Below, piece by piece: positions 10,129 to 17,422 of a stretch of DNA of 64,000 nt. Made by a program: the position numbers and the translations under genes. Every line of letters starts with the position of its first letter. Position 1 is the stretch's first letter. The stretch comes from a virus. A model generated the notes under the pieces. It was not told the origin of the DNA, searched no databases, and worked only from the letters and a program-made list of their open reading frames with translations. Location of the stretch: positions 1 to 64,000 of the IMG/VR virus record IMGVR_UViG_3300018430_001101; one strand, 5' to 3'.

Positions 10129-10332
10129 TTACTTCCCCATCCGCTCCCTGATGGCGTCCGCAAGTTCCGAGGCTTTCTGCAGGAGCTTCCTGATCTCCTC
10201 CGCTGCCTCGATGTCCTCCTCCCCGGCCCCGCTGAGGTCGTAGAAGACCTGGTGCAGCTTGTAGTCAAGCTCCGCTGCCGCCGTAAGCGCCTCGTCGCAA
10301 AGTCCGTACATCCTGGTTTCGTTTGCTGTCAT
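10129..10332 (-). CDS. Hypothetical small acidic protein
   Basis: 67-aa ORF downstream of repeat copy C. Confidence 0.45.
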   Translation of the reverse strand: MTANETRMYGLCDEALTAAAELDYKLHQVFYDLSGAGEEDIEAAEEIRKLLQKASELADAIRERMGK

Positions 10333-10422
10333 GGCTTTATCCTCCTCTGTTCTGGTGCCTGCTGTTTTGCTGTTCTGCTGTCCTGTTGTGTTCCCCCTCC
10401 GGGGCCTGCCGCAGGGCTTTTT

Positions 10423-10498
10423 CCTTGCGGTATGTGCATATTAGCGTCTGCGGGCGGCATTATCAACGCCTTGTTGAAAAATACATTGCACAAAGACC
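10423..10498 (-). promoter_or_regulatory. Conserved promoter repeat, copy C (best -35: TTGATA)
   Basis: Same consensus; -35 TTGATA, 17-nt spacer, -10 TAATAT. Confidence 0.65.
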
Positions 10499-10569
10499 GG
10501 AGGCCGTATTTGTGCAGTTATGACGATGGATGTCCACAAGCCACTGTCAGTTCAGAAGCCACTGTCAGT

Positions 10570-11121
10570 TCAGAAGCCGAAGTCGGCCAGATGGAACGGA
10601 TGCTTCCTGGGCAGCGGCTCGTGGCCGGCGGCGCGGCAAATCCCTGCGGCCTCATCGTCCGGGAGGATCCGCAGGACCTTCATGCTCCCCGCGATCACCC
10701 ATTTCCCGAGCATCTGCGGGCTGGTCTTATACCGGTAGAAGCCGCCCACGGGGATGTGTCCCAGCATCGCTTCCGACGGATGGAAAACACCGTCGCGCAT
10801 CCCGTTCCGGTCCGCCTCCGGCTGGTAGTCCACGGCGTCGGAATACTCGCACTCGCACCATGCCTCGTCATCATGCATGTAGCGGATCCTGCCGCCTTCC
10901 CGGATCCCGATGTGTATGGCAAGCGGGATGTCCGAGAGGTGCCAGCCGGAGCGGAACGCAAGTGGGCCGAGCTTCGACTTCACTTTGCCGGACGGCAGGC
11001 GCGGGCCTTCCTCGGCGGGGAGCCAGACCCCCATGGGGACCGGCCTGTCGGCGAGGACGTACAGCGGGAAGAGCCTGCCCGGATGCTTCTTCTTCAGTTT
11101 GAACAGCTTGTATCCGACCAT
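10570..11121 (-). CDS. Hypothetical protein (183 aa)
   Basis: Internal ATG at 11121 preceded by GGAAGGAGGA SD; Trp/Cys/His-containing globular-looking sequence; no family recognised. Confidence 0.5.
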   Translation of the reverse strand: MVGYKLFKLKKKHPGRLFPLYVLADRPVPMGVWLPAEEGPRLPSGKVKSKLGPLAFRSGWHLSDIPLAIHIGIREGGRIRYMHDDEAWCECEYSDAVDYQPEADRNGMRDGVFHPSEAMLGHIPVGGFYRYKTSPQMLGKWVIAGSMKVLRILPDDEAAGICRAAGHEPLPRKHPFHLADFGF

Positions 11122-11145
11122 CCCGTCCTCCTTCCGTGCCTCCGC

Positions 11146-11185
11146 GCCTCTGCGTCTCTGCGTCTCTGCGTCTTCGCGTCTCCGG
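11146..11185. repeat. Short tandem repeat (GCGTCTCT-like octamer x4-5) in 5' leader of 10570..11121
   Basis: Plus strand cctctgcgtctctgcgtctctgcgtcttcgcgtctcc. Confidence 0.5.
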
Positions 11186-11366
11186 TCCTCCGGTTCACCG
11201 GCTTCCGCAATTTCCCTGCCTCCCGGCCTGCCATCCACACGTGATGTGGCGGCTGCGTCCCACTAAAAAGGGAGCCTCCGAAGAAGCTCCCCGCTGTGTG
11301 CTGCATCTGCTGCCGCCCGTTCCATGTGTCCCTCTGCCCGGTGCCGTTCCTCTATCCTGTCCTGCC

Positions 11367-11777
11367 TCAGTTCACTTTGAACCGGAGTCCGCGGACCGTC
11401 TCCTCTTCCTCCGTGCCCCAGCGCCTTTCGATTCGGGTAAAGGCGCAGGCTCCTTCGAGCGTGCAGCCTTCCGCGATGAAGCTGTGGATGTTCCCCATGA
11501 CTGCCGTGCTCTGATTGCTGTAGATGAACTCGGTGATGCCCGCCCTGCGGAGGGTGCCGATGAAGTCCGCGACCTCCCTGTCCCAGAGGAAGTCGTTCAT
11601 CTCGAAGTCCGCGTTCCCTTTCTCAAGGCTGTATTCGTAGGCCCTGTAGGCTTTGTAGGCTCCGCTGCTGATGGGGTCCTCCATGGCTTCCTTCTCGGCG
11701 TACCAGGCTTTCAGCTCCTCGCTGTCCCATCCAAATTCCTCAATGATGCCTGCTTCTTCGCTTCGTGCTCTCCGCAC
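11367..11777 (-). CDS. Hypothetical protein (start uncertain)
   Basis: 136-aa ORF; overlaps upstream small ORF in another frame. Confidence 0.4.
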   Translation of the reverse strand: MRRARSEEAGIIEEFGWDSEELKAWYAEKEAMEDPISSGAYKAYRAYEYSLEKGNADFEMNDFLWDREVADFIGTLRRAGITEFIYSNQSTAVMGNIHSFIAEGCTLEGACAFTRIERRWGTEEEETVRGLRFKVN

Positions 11778-11885
11778 CTTCTGCCATGTTCGTACCCGGC
11801 CCGCTCAATTTCCGCGAAGTGCCCGTTGTCAGTGAAGTTCCTGTCCTGCGCTGCGTTCTGCTCCAGTGTCCTGATGTTCCTCATT
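11711..11885 (-). CDS. Hypothetical small protein (MRNIRTLEQNAAQDRNF...)
   Basis: ATG at 11885 with AGGAGG SD 7 nt upstream; first gene after repeat copy D; overlaps next ORF by 67 nt in different frame. Confidence 0.35.
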
Positions 11886-11976
11886 GTCTCTGCCTCCTCT
11901 TTCCGCCGGTCCCTCCCGGTCGCTTTGCTTTGCTTTGTTCTGCCTTGCTGAGTTCCTCTGCCGCAGGGGCTTTTCC

Positions 11977-12053
11977 CCTTTCGGTATGTGCATATTAGCG
12001 TCACACGGCAGTTATATCCACGCCTGTGGGCAAAATACATTTCACAAAGATTC
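11977..12053 (-). promoter_or_regulatory. Conserved promoter repeat, copy D
   Basis: Plus strand CCTTTCGGTATGTGCATATTAGCGTCACACGGCAGTTATATCCACGCCTGTGGGCAAAATACATTTCACAAAGATT. Confidence 0.65.
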
Positions 12054-12356
12054 GGCCTGATCCAGGGGCTGGTTTTGTGTATATTATGGCGGCCGGCAGG
12101 TGCGTCCTGAAGCCTCGTACAGCCCCTGTATCGCGCCGGGAGGCACATCCGCACCAACTGTCCATCTGCAGCCGCAGGACGCGGCACGGTCTGAATCCGA
12201 GGCACTGGGGCGCGTCCTGGGCGGCACATCTGGTCTGAGGTTCCCACGGTGTGGATGGCTTCCGCAGTGTGGATGGCTTCTGCATCAAGGACAGTTTCCA
12301 CAGCGGAAGAACCCGGAAAGAAGGAGGGGTTTTTTACCCCTCCTCCTCATTTCCGC

Positions 12357-12677
12357 TCACCTGTCGAGGATCATGTCGATCATCTGCGCGCTGCCGCAGT
12401 CAACATGCCCGTCATGCCATATGGCAATCCGGAGGTCGGCATCGATGTCCGGCAGGAAAAGCTCGTAGGTGACTGCCTCTGCTCCGCAGCGGATGCAGTC
12501 GTCCACCCTGCCGTAATACCAGAAGCTGTTCAGCTCCGTGAGCGTGCCGTCAGGCCTCCGGACCTTTGCGCCATGCCTGCGGAGGCGCTCGATGTGGAGC
12601 TGGTTTGTATCCATCTCCGGGGTGCCGGTGGTTCCGGCCGTCATGCCTGTTCCGTTTTCTGTGTTCATGTTCGTCAT
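12357..12677 (-). CDS. Hypothetical protein
   Basis: 106-aa ORF; AGGAGG upstream; second gene of unit E. Confidence 0.45.
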   Translation of the reverse strand: MTNMNTENGTGMTAGTTGTPEMDTNQLHIERLRRHGAKVRRPDGTLTELNSFWYYGRVDDCIRCGAEAVTYELFLPDIDADLRIAIWHDGHVDCGSAQMIDMILDR

Positions 12678-12696
12678 GGCTACATCCTCCTTTGCC

Positions 12697-12879
12697 TCAG
12701 CAGAATTCTATGGTCAGCATCCCGTCCCTTCCGAGGAAGAAGTCGTTCTGCACCAGCGGATCCTCAAAGAAGGTTTCCTTCGCTTCTTCCGTCATCCTCC
12801 TGAGCCTGTCCTCGCCTACCAGCTCTTTTACCGCCTTGCGGGTGGTTTTCTTTCCGTCCAGGTAAAACCTTGTTTTCAT
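12697..12879 (-). CDS. Hypothetical small protein
   Basis: 60-aa ORF directly downstream of repeat copy E, SD GGAAGGGAG. Confidence 0.4.
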   Translation of the reverse strand: MKTRFYLDGKKTTRKAVKELVGEDRLRRMTEEAKETFFEDPLVQNDFFLGRDGMLTIEFC

Positions 12880-12951
12880 GCCTGCTCCCTTCCTGCGCTT
12901 TTTCTTCCTGCGCCGTGTGCCTCTGTCCGGTTCCCCTCGCCGGTTCCTTCC

Positions 12952-13027
12952 CTCAAGGTATGTGCATATTAGCGTCGGTGGGCTGTATTATCCACGCCTG
13001 CGGGCAAAATACATTCCACAAAGATGG
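12952..13027 (-). promoter_or_regulatory. Conserved promoter repeat, copy E
   Basis: Plus strand CTCAAGGTATGTGCATATTAGCGTCGGTGGGCTGTATTATCCACGCCTGCGGGCAAAATACATTCCACAAAGATGG. Confidence 0.65.
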
Positions 13028-13135
13028 GGCGGCATTGGTGCCTGGATTCTGGCAGATATACACACTGGATCTGCGGCATCCGGAGGGCTCCGGGATGGCG
13101 TAATGTACACAAAAGCCGGGGCGTCAGGAGCGGGA

Positions 13136-13210
13136 AAGTTTGTGTACATTACTTTCGCGCAGGGCGTGGATATATCCCCGGCGTGACGCTAATATGCACA
13201 CAACAAAAGG
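13136..13210 (+). promoter_or_regulatory. Conserved promoter repeat, copy F (inverted, drives plus-strand gene)
   Basis: AAAGTTTGTGTACATTACTTTCGCGCAGGGCGTGGATATATCCCCGGCGTGACGCTAATATGCACACAACAAAAGG; -35 TGGATA 13167-13172, 17-nt spacer, -10 TAATAT 13190-13195. Confidence 0.65.
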
Positions 13211-13262
13211 AAAACACACCGGCCGCAGGGCCGGGACGCACGCCGCACAGGAGGGAAAAGCC

Positions 13263-13565
13263 ATGACAGTAGCCACCACAACAGCAACAGCCACCACAGC
13301 GAGGAAGCCTTACACAGAGGTCGAGGCGCTCATCGAGAAGGAGATCGAAAAGGAAAGCGAACTTTACGACCTTGACATTTACGACATCAACGACATCCGC
13401 CTGGAAATCTACAGAGCGAACGGCTGGAGCTACGACCCCTGGCCGGAAGGAGAAGAAGAAGAGGACGAGGAAGACGTCTTCGACCCGGATGAAGAACCCT
13501 GGTTCCACCGGGACCCCTACTACGAATACACCGAGCGGGGCCTGAGCTTCTGGGATTTCGTCTGA
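13263..13565 (+). CDS. Hypothetical acidic protein (only plus-strand gene in this half)
   Basis: ATG at 13263 preceded by GGAGGGAAAAGCC; 100 aa, Asp/Glu/Trp/Tyr-rich. Confidence 0.5.
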   Translation: MTVATTTATATTARKPYTEVEALIEKEIEKESELYDLDIYDINDIRLEIYRANGWSYDPWPEGEEEEDEEDVFDPDEEPWFHRDPYYEYTERGLSFWDFV

Positions 13566-13741
13566 ACCGCCCGCAGGGTGCTCCTTCTGGGGGCCTCCTG
13601 CCCACAGTGATCTCCTGCCCCACACGGTGGCCTCCTGCCCCACAAGGCTTGCCCAGTCCAGGCACGGCATCTGCCGGGCCTGCTCCCTCCGTAGCTTTTC
13701 ATGCGGCGTGCATACCGCCGGATAAAGTGCCGGTTCCAGCC

Positions 13742-13813
13742 GGAATCTTTGTGTACTTTATGCCGGCGGTTTTTGTTGCTATACGTTGCGCCTGACGGTA
13801 ACATGTCCATAAG
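13742..13813 (+). promoter_or_regulatory. Degenerate eighth copy of promoter repeat (copy H), plus strand, no obvious downstream gene
   Basis: GGAATCTTTGTGTACTTTATGCCGGCGGTTTTTGTTGCTATACGTTGCGCCTGACGGTAACATG: -35 TTGCTA 13776-13781, 17-nt spacer, -10 TAACAT 13799-13804 (same -10 variant as copy G). Confidence 0.45.
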
Positions 13814-13963
13814 ATGAGGAGGGGACGTTTTTTACAAAAGGCCCCCTTTGCCAGCCGGAAGCTTCGTAGTTCCCGAGGCTCCCGGCCGGCTTTTTCTCTT
13901 TATGCACGCAGGTTCCCGTCATCCTGCCGGCTTTCGTTTCACTCTCCGGTACAGGGTAGCGCG

Positions 13964-14383
13964 TCAGGAAGTCCGGAAGACCTCCTTCGGGGGCTCGCCG
14001 CTCCCGATCCTGAACCGCAGCAGCTTCCCGCTGAGAGTCCTCGCGAACATTTCCGGGTACCGGAACATCCCCCTGAACTTCTCCACAAGATCGTCCGGCA
14101 GGTCCGCAAAATTGTCACGGCTGAGCCCGCAGACAAAGAACGTCCCGCAGACGATGTCGTAATCGCCCAGCATCCGGTTCGGCTGGGAGCCTTTCAGCTT
14201 TGCTTCGTCGTCACAGACCAGCGCCGCGTATTCAGGCCACGGATAGACTGCCTGCAGCGTCCCCCCGACGATTTCCTGCATGGCTCTGAGCGTATGCGGG
14301 ACCACCCGAAGCTCCGGCTCCTTCATCGGCTCGACCACGAGGATGCGGATGGTTTCCACGTTTTCCTTCTTCACTGCGGCCAT
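13964..14383 (-). CDS. DUF3846-like protein
   Basis: MAAVKKENVETIRILVVEPMKEP...LRAMQEIVGGTLQAVYPW...ALVCDDEAKL..PNRML resembles the DUF3846 family pattern (from memory); SD AGGAGGGAGG. Confidence 0.6.
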   Translation of the reverse strand: MAAVKKENVETIRILVVEPMKEPELRVVPHTLRAMQEIVGGTLQAVYPWPEYAALVCDDEAKLKGSQPNRMLGDYDIVCGTFFVCGLSRDNFADLPDDLVEKFRGMFRYPEMFARTLSGKLLRFRIGSGEPPKEVFRTS

Positions 14384-14862
14384 CTCCCGCCTCCCTCCTG
14401 CGGCACCCTGACCGCCGCCCATTCCATCAGCGGGAGCTTCCTTTTGATGAAGCCGCTGTCCTCGAGTGCCTCAATCTGGCCGCACCGGCCGCAGACCATG
14501 ATGTCCAGCCTCCGGGAAAGCGCGTGCGCATACAGCTTCCCCGGCATCTGTACCCCGCACCTGGGGCATCTCGCCCCGTCGTGCTGTGCGGCGGCATACC
14601 GCAGGAGCGTCGCCTTCGCCTCTTCCTCCGTGCGGATCTTGTGGCAGGTATCCGCTCCCCATGCCACGCTTAAGCTGCTCCCCGTGTCCCAGTGGCAGCA
14701 GATGGATCCTGCATCGTCAACCCCCGTGCACACTCCCTGCGTGCCGGGTGGGATGTGTGTATAAGGATCATCCATATGGTCGAGGACGATCCTGCACCCC
14801 TTCGGGTATTCCCTCCGCAGACGTTCCACCGTGCCCCTGTCCGGAAAGTTCATTATGCCCAT
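14371..14862 (-). CDS. DUF4314-like domain protein with C-terminal CxxC...CxxC zinc ribbon
   Basis: RLRREYPKGCRIVLDHMDDPYTHIPPGTQGVCTGVDDAGSICCHWDTGSSLSV resembles DUF4314; CPRCG...CGRCG; SD GGAAGGAGG before ATG 14862. Confidence 0.55.
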   Translation of the reverse strand: MGIMNFPDRGTVERLRREYPKGCRIVLDHMDDPYTHIPPGTQGVCTGVDDAGSICCHWDTGSSLSVAWGADTCHKIRTEEEAKATLLRYAAAQHDGARCPRCGVQMPGKLYAHALSRRLDIMVCGRCGQIEALEDSGFIKRKLPLMEWAAVRVPQEGGGRWPQ

Positions 14863-14910
14863 TTGTGCCTCCTTCCTGCGTTTCCCTCGCCGCCTGTTCA
14901 CCCGGCTCCA

Positions 14911-15408
14911 TCACTGCCCGTCCTTCCGGCTCCTTTTAAGCGCGTCCTCCAGCACATGCATCGGCAGGCCGAGGTCCCTGTAAGCCCTCTCGATGATCCC
15001 GTAGTAGAGCGGGGAAGGCTCCCGGAGGCCGCCTTTGAAGTTCATGACGTATGCCATCCCTTCGCCCTGCAGCTCGTTCCCGTCCTCATCCCACACGGAG
15101 AACCTGACGTCCTCCTTCCGGTAAAGCTCCGGGTAGCCCTCGTAGCGGTCGAGCGCCTTCTCGTCCGATGCGGAGACCGCCCACACAAGGACCGGGGTGC
15201 TCTTCTTCTCATCTTCCCGGATGTTGGCGTACTCCTTAAACTCCAGCTCCCACCCATGGAGGATGCCGGCCCCGACCACCTCCGCGTCAGGGCAGCGCCT
15301 CTCCATCATGCCGGTGTCCAGGTTGCTGCCGTACGCGACGTATACCTTCTTCGTGCCGATCCGTTTCAGGATCTCCTTCGTATTAAGCTTCATGTTCTGC
15401 TTCTTCAT
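14911..15408 (-). CDS. Gamma-glutamyl cyclotransferase-like (GGCT/AIG2 fold) protein 1
   Basis: N-terminal VYVAYGSNL (YGSNL signature) and LDRYEGYPELYRKEDV (catalytic Glu context) of GGCT/AIG2-like family. Confidence 0.7.
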   Translation of the reverse strand: MKKQNMKLNTKEILKRIGTKKVYVAYGSNLDTGMMERRCPDAEVVGAGILHGWELEFKEYANIREDEKKSTPVLVWAVSASDEKALDRYEGYPELYRKEDVRFSVWDEDGNELQGEGMAYVMNFKGGLREPSPLYYGIIERAYRDLGLPMHVLEDALKRSRKDGQ

Positions 15409-15506
15409 TCCCGTTCCTTTCTGCCGCCCAGCGGCCTCCGTTTTTTTTCCACGGTTTTAGTGGTTTTAAGGGTTTTTAGCTGTTGTGGTGTTCCGCGGGC
15501 TCCCAC

Positions 15507-16061
15507 TCACCTGCCATCGGTTCCTGCCTCGTAATCCGCCAGCCACGCATCCGCAGCCGCATACCCGATGCTGTCCTCGAGGGCTCTGTGGAGAGGTCCT
15601 TTTTCAAATCCCCACCGTCCATAGCCTCCGTCAAGGAGCCGGTAGTACTCTGCGGAAGGCGCTCCGAGGGGCCTGTCCTCGCGGAGGATGTACGCGATGC
15701 ACTTCCTGGGCTTTTTCAAAGTCCTGCCCGAAAGGCCCTTCACCTTCAGCAGGAACTCCCTCTTGTAGTACCATTGCGGGCATCCCTCATAATAGTCGAG
15801 CCTCGCCTCGTCGCTCTCCGTCATGCGGTAGATGGCGAGCGGGACCCGGCTGTTGGCGTCCTGCTCGATGGTGGCGTAGAACCCGGAGGCGCTCCTTTTG
15901 AACAGGAGCCTCCATCCTTCGAGCACGGCCGTGCCGATGGGCTTCGAGCGCGGGCACCTCGCTTTCATCCTCTCCAGGTCCAGGTTGCTGCCGTATGCCG
16001 CGTAGAAGACCTCCCCGTTCCCGCCGTTCCAAAACCTCATGTTCTTCCAGATGCCGTCCAT
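15507..16061 (-). CDS. Gamma-glutamyl cyclotransferase-like (GGCT/AIG2 fold) protein 2
   Basis: VFYAAYGSNLDLERM and RLDYYEGCPQWYYKREF; start at ATG 16061 preceded by GAGGAGG. Confidence 0.65.
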   Translation of the reverse strand: MDGIWKNMRFWNGGNGEVFYAAYGSNLDLERMKARCPRSKPIGTAVLEGWRLLFKRSASGFYATIEQDANSRVPLAIYRMTESDEARLDYYEGCPQWYYKREFLLKVKGLSGRTLKKPRKCIAYILREDRPLGAPSAEYYRLLDGGYGRWGFEKGPLHRALEDSIGYAAADAWLADYEAGTDGR

Positions 16062-16183
16062 CGCCTTGTCCTCCTCTGCCACGCCGTTGTCCGCAGTTTC
16101 CGTTCCTTTGAAATCCGTCTGCCTCCCATCCCTTCCCCGCCGGCACGTCCTCCGGCGGGGCTTCCCTTCTGCCTGCCCTGCGC

Positions 16184-17119
16184 TCAGACTCCGTGCCGCC
16201 ATGCGCTGCTCCCCTCGAAGTTCCTCAGGAAGTATTCCCTCGCTGTCTTGAATTCGTCCCCGATGAATCCGAGGCGGAGCATGAAGCATCTGAACCCGTA
16301 GGTCTCGTTGTCGCGCTGGCCCTTTTTAGGGCTTGCGTACCTGACCTCCTTGGCAAGCTCGCTGAGCGCGAGGCAGAGCTGGATCATGGCCCGCAGCTGC
16401 CCGGCATGAAGGCCGCCTTTTCTGCCGTTCCCTGCAGAGTCAAAGTTAAAACAGCGGAATTCGATTGTGTGGAACCTCGTGAAGTAGCTGTGCAGGTTGC
16501 ACATCCTGTACCGCGTCTGTGAGTAATGGCCGTTCTCGACCGGGCCGTTGTACCAGCACCTTGCAAGGGCCGCCTTCGTCTTCGGCTTCGTCCTGTTAAG
16601 GCGTTCGAGGAAATCCGGGTCGACCGTGCGGCAGTAGTTCTGCTCCCTCGCCCTGCTGACCTCGACCGCTTTCAGGAGCTGGTCTTCATGCGCCGCCATG
16701 AGGTTGACCAGGTTGCGGATCGTGGCAGGCGTATGCCCGTCCCCTCCGATGTGGATGTGAATTCCACACATGTGCTCCTTGTCGCTTTTCCCTCCCGCGT
16801 GCCTGATCTGGCGGATCAGCTCCTGCAGGGTTTCCATGTCCGCGTACCGGAGGACCGGCGTCACAAGTTCGCAGCGTTCCTCGTCCCTGTCCGCCCGGAT
16901 GCTCGAATCCCTCTGGAACTTCCATTCGCGGCCCTGCGCGTCCCATGCGCTCCAGGTCTGGTAGCCGTTGGCGTGTGCCGTGTATTCGTACCTGCCGGTT
17001 CCGAAGTACCCTGCGGCCGTCTTTGCCGCGTCCCTCCGGGTGATCCCGTACATCTCGATCTCCGTGCCGAATGTCTGCTGCTTCATGTTCCCGATCTGCT
17101 TCGCTGTCTTCTCTGTCAT
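16184..17119 (-). CDS. Glutamine-synthetase-like amidoligase (Amidoligase_2 / YbdK-GCS2-related carboxylate-amine ligase family)
   Basis: N-terminal TFGTEIEMYG (G.E.E strand characteristic of GS/GCS2-type ligases), MCGIHIHIGGDGH, Arg-rich C-terminal half; 311 aa; AAAGGAG SD; first gene after repeat copy G. Confidence 0.6.
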   Translation of the reverse strand: MTEKTAKQIGNMKQQTFGTEIEMYGITRRDAAKTAAGYFGTGRYEYTAHANGYQTWSAWDAQGREWKFQRDSSIRADRDEERCELVTPVLRYADMETLQELIRQIRHAGGKSDKEHMCGIHIHIGGDGHTPATIRNLVNLMAAHEDQLLKAVEVSRAREQNYCRTVDPDFLERLNRTKPKTKAALARCWYNGPVENGHYSQTRYRMCNLHSYFTRFHTIEFRCFNFDSAGNGRKGGLHAGQLRAMIQLCLALSELAKEVRYASPKKGQRDNETYGFRCFMLRLGFIGDEFKTAREYFLRNFEGSSAWRHGV

Positions 17120-17173
17120 GGCCTGGCTCCTTTCAAATCCCCGCTCCCGGCGGGCGGCTTTTTTTGCTTTTCC

Positions 17174-17250
17174 CCTTTCGGTATGTGCATGTTACCGTCA
17201 GGTGGGGCAGGAGCCAAGTCATAGTTTGAACATATATTTCACAAATATCT
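17174..17250 (-). promoter_or_regulatory. Conserved promoter repeat, copy G (drives amidoligase operon)
   Basis: Plus strand CCTTTCGGTATGTGCATGTTACCGTCAGGTGGGGCAGGAGCCAAGTCATAGTTTGAACATATATTTCACAAATATCTG; -10 variant TAACAT. Confidence 0.6.
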
Positions 17251-17422
17251 GTGTTTTGTGACGCCATGTATTTGTGCAGTTTATGGCGGTTTTTCCGGGG
17301 ATCTGTTGATAGTTTTCCGGCAGTCCGGGCTTGTTTTTTCGGCGGTTCCGGCCGCCTTTCTCCCACAGTGTCCGTGGCGGCATCGTTAATTAGTTGTCAA
17401 TCCCCGGCGATGGGCGCAATGG

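Noticed and set aside
13814-14764. 316-aa plus-strand ORF downstream of promoter copy H
   Set aside because: Overlaps the DUF3846 and DUF4314 genes in antisense; composition artefactual. Noted only as a possible antisense transcript.
8937-17250. Promoter repeats considered as a CRISPR array or MITE family
   Set aside because: Units are 0.5-4 kb apart with genes between them, not 30-40-bp spacers. There are no terminal inverted repeats or target-site duplications, and variability is confined to the 12-nt stretch between conserved -35 and -10 boxes, which is a promoter signature.
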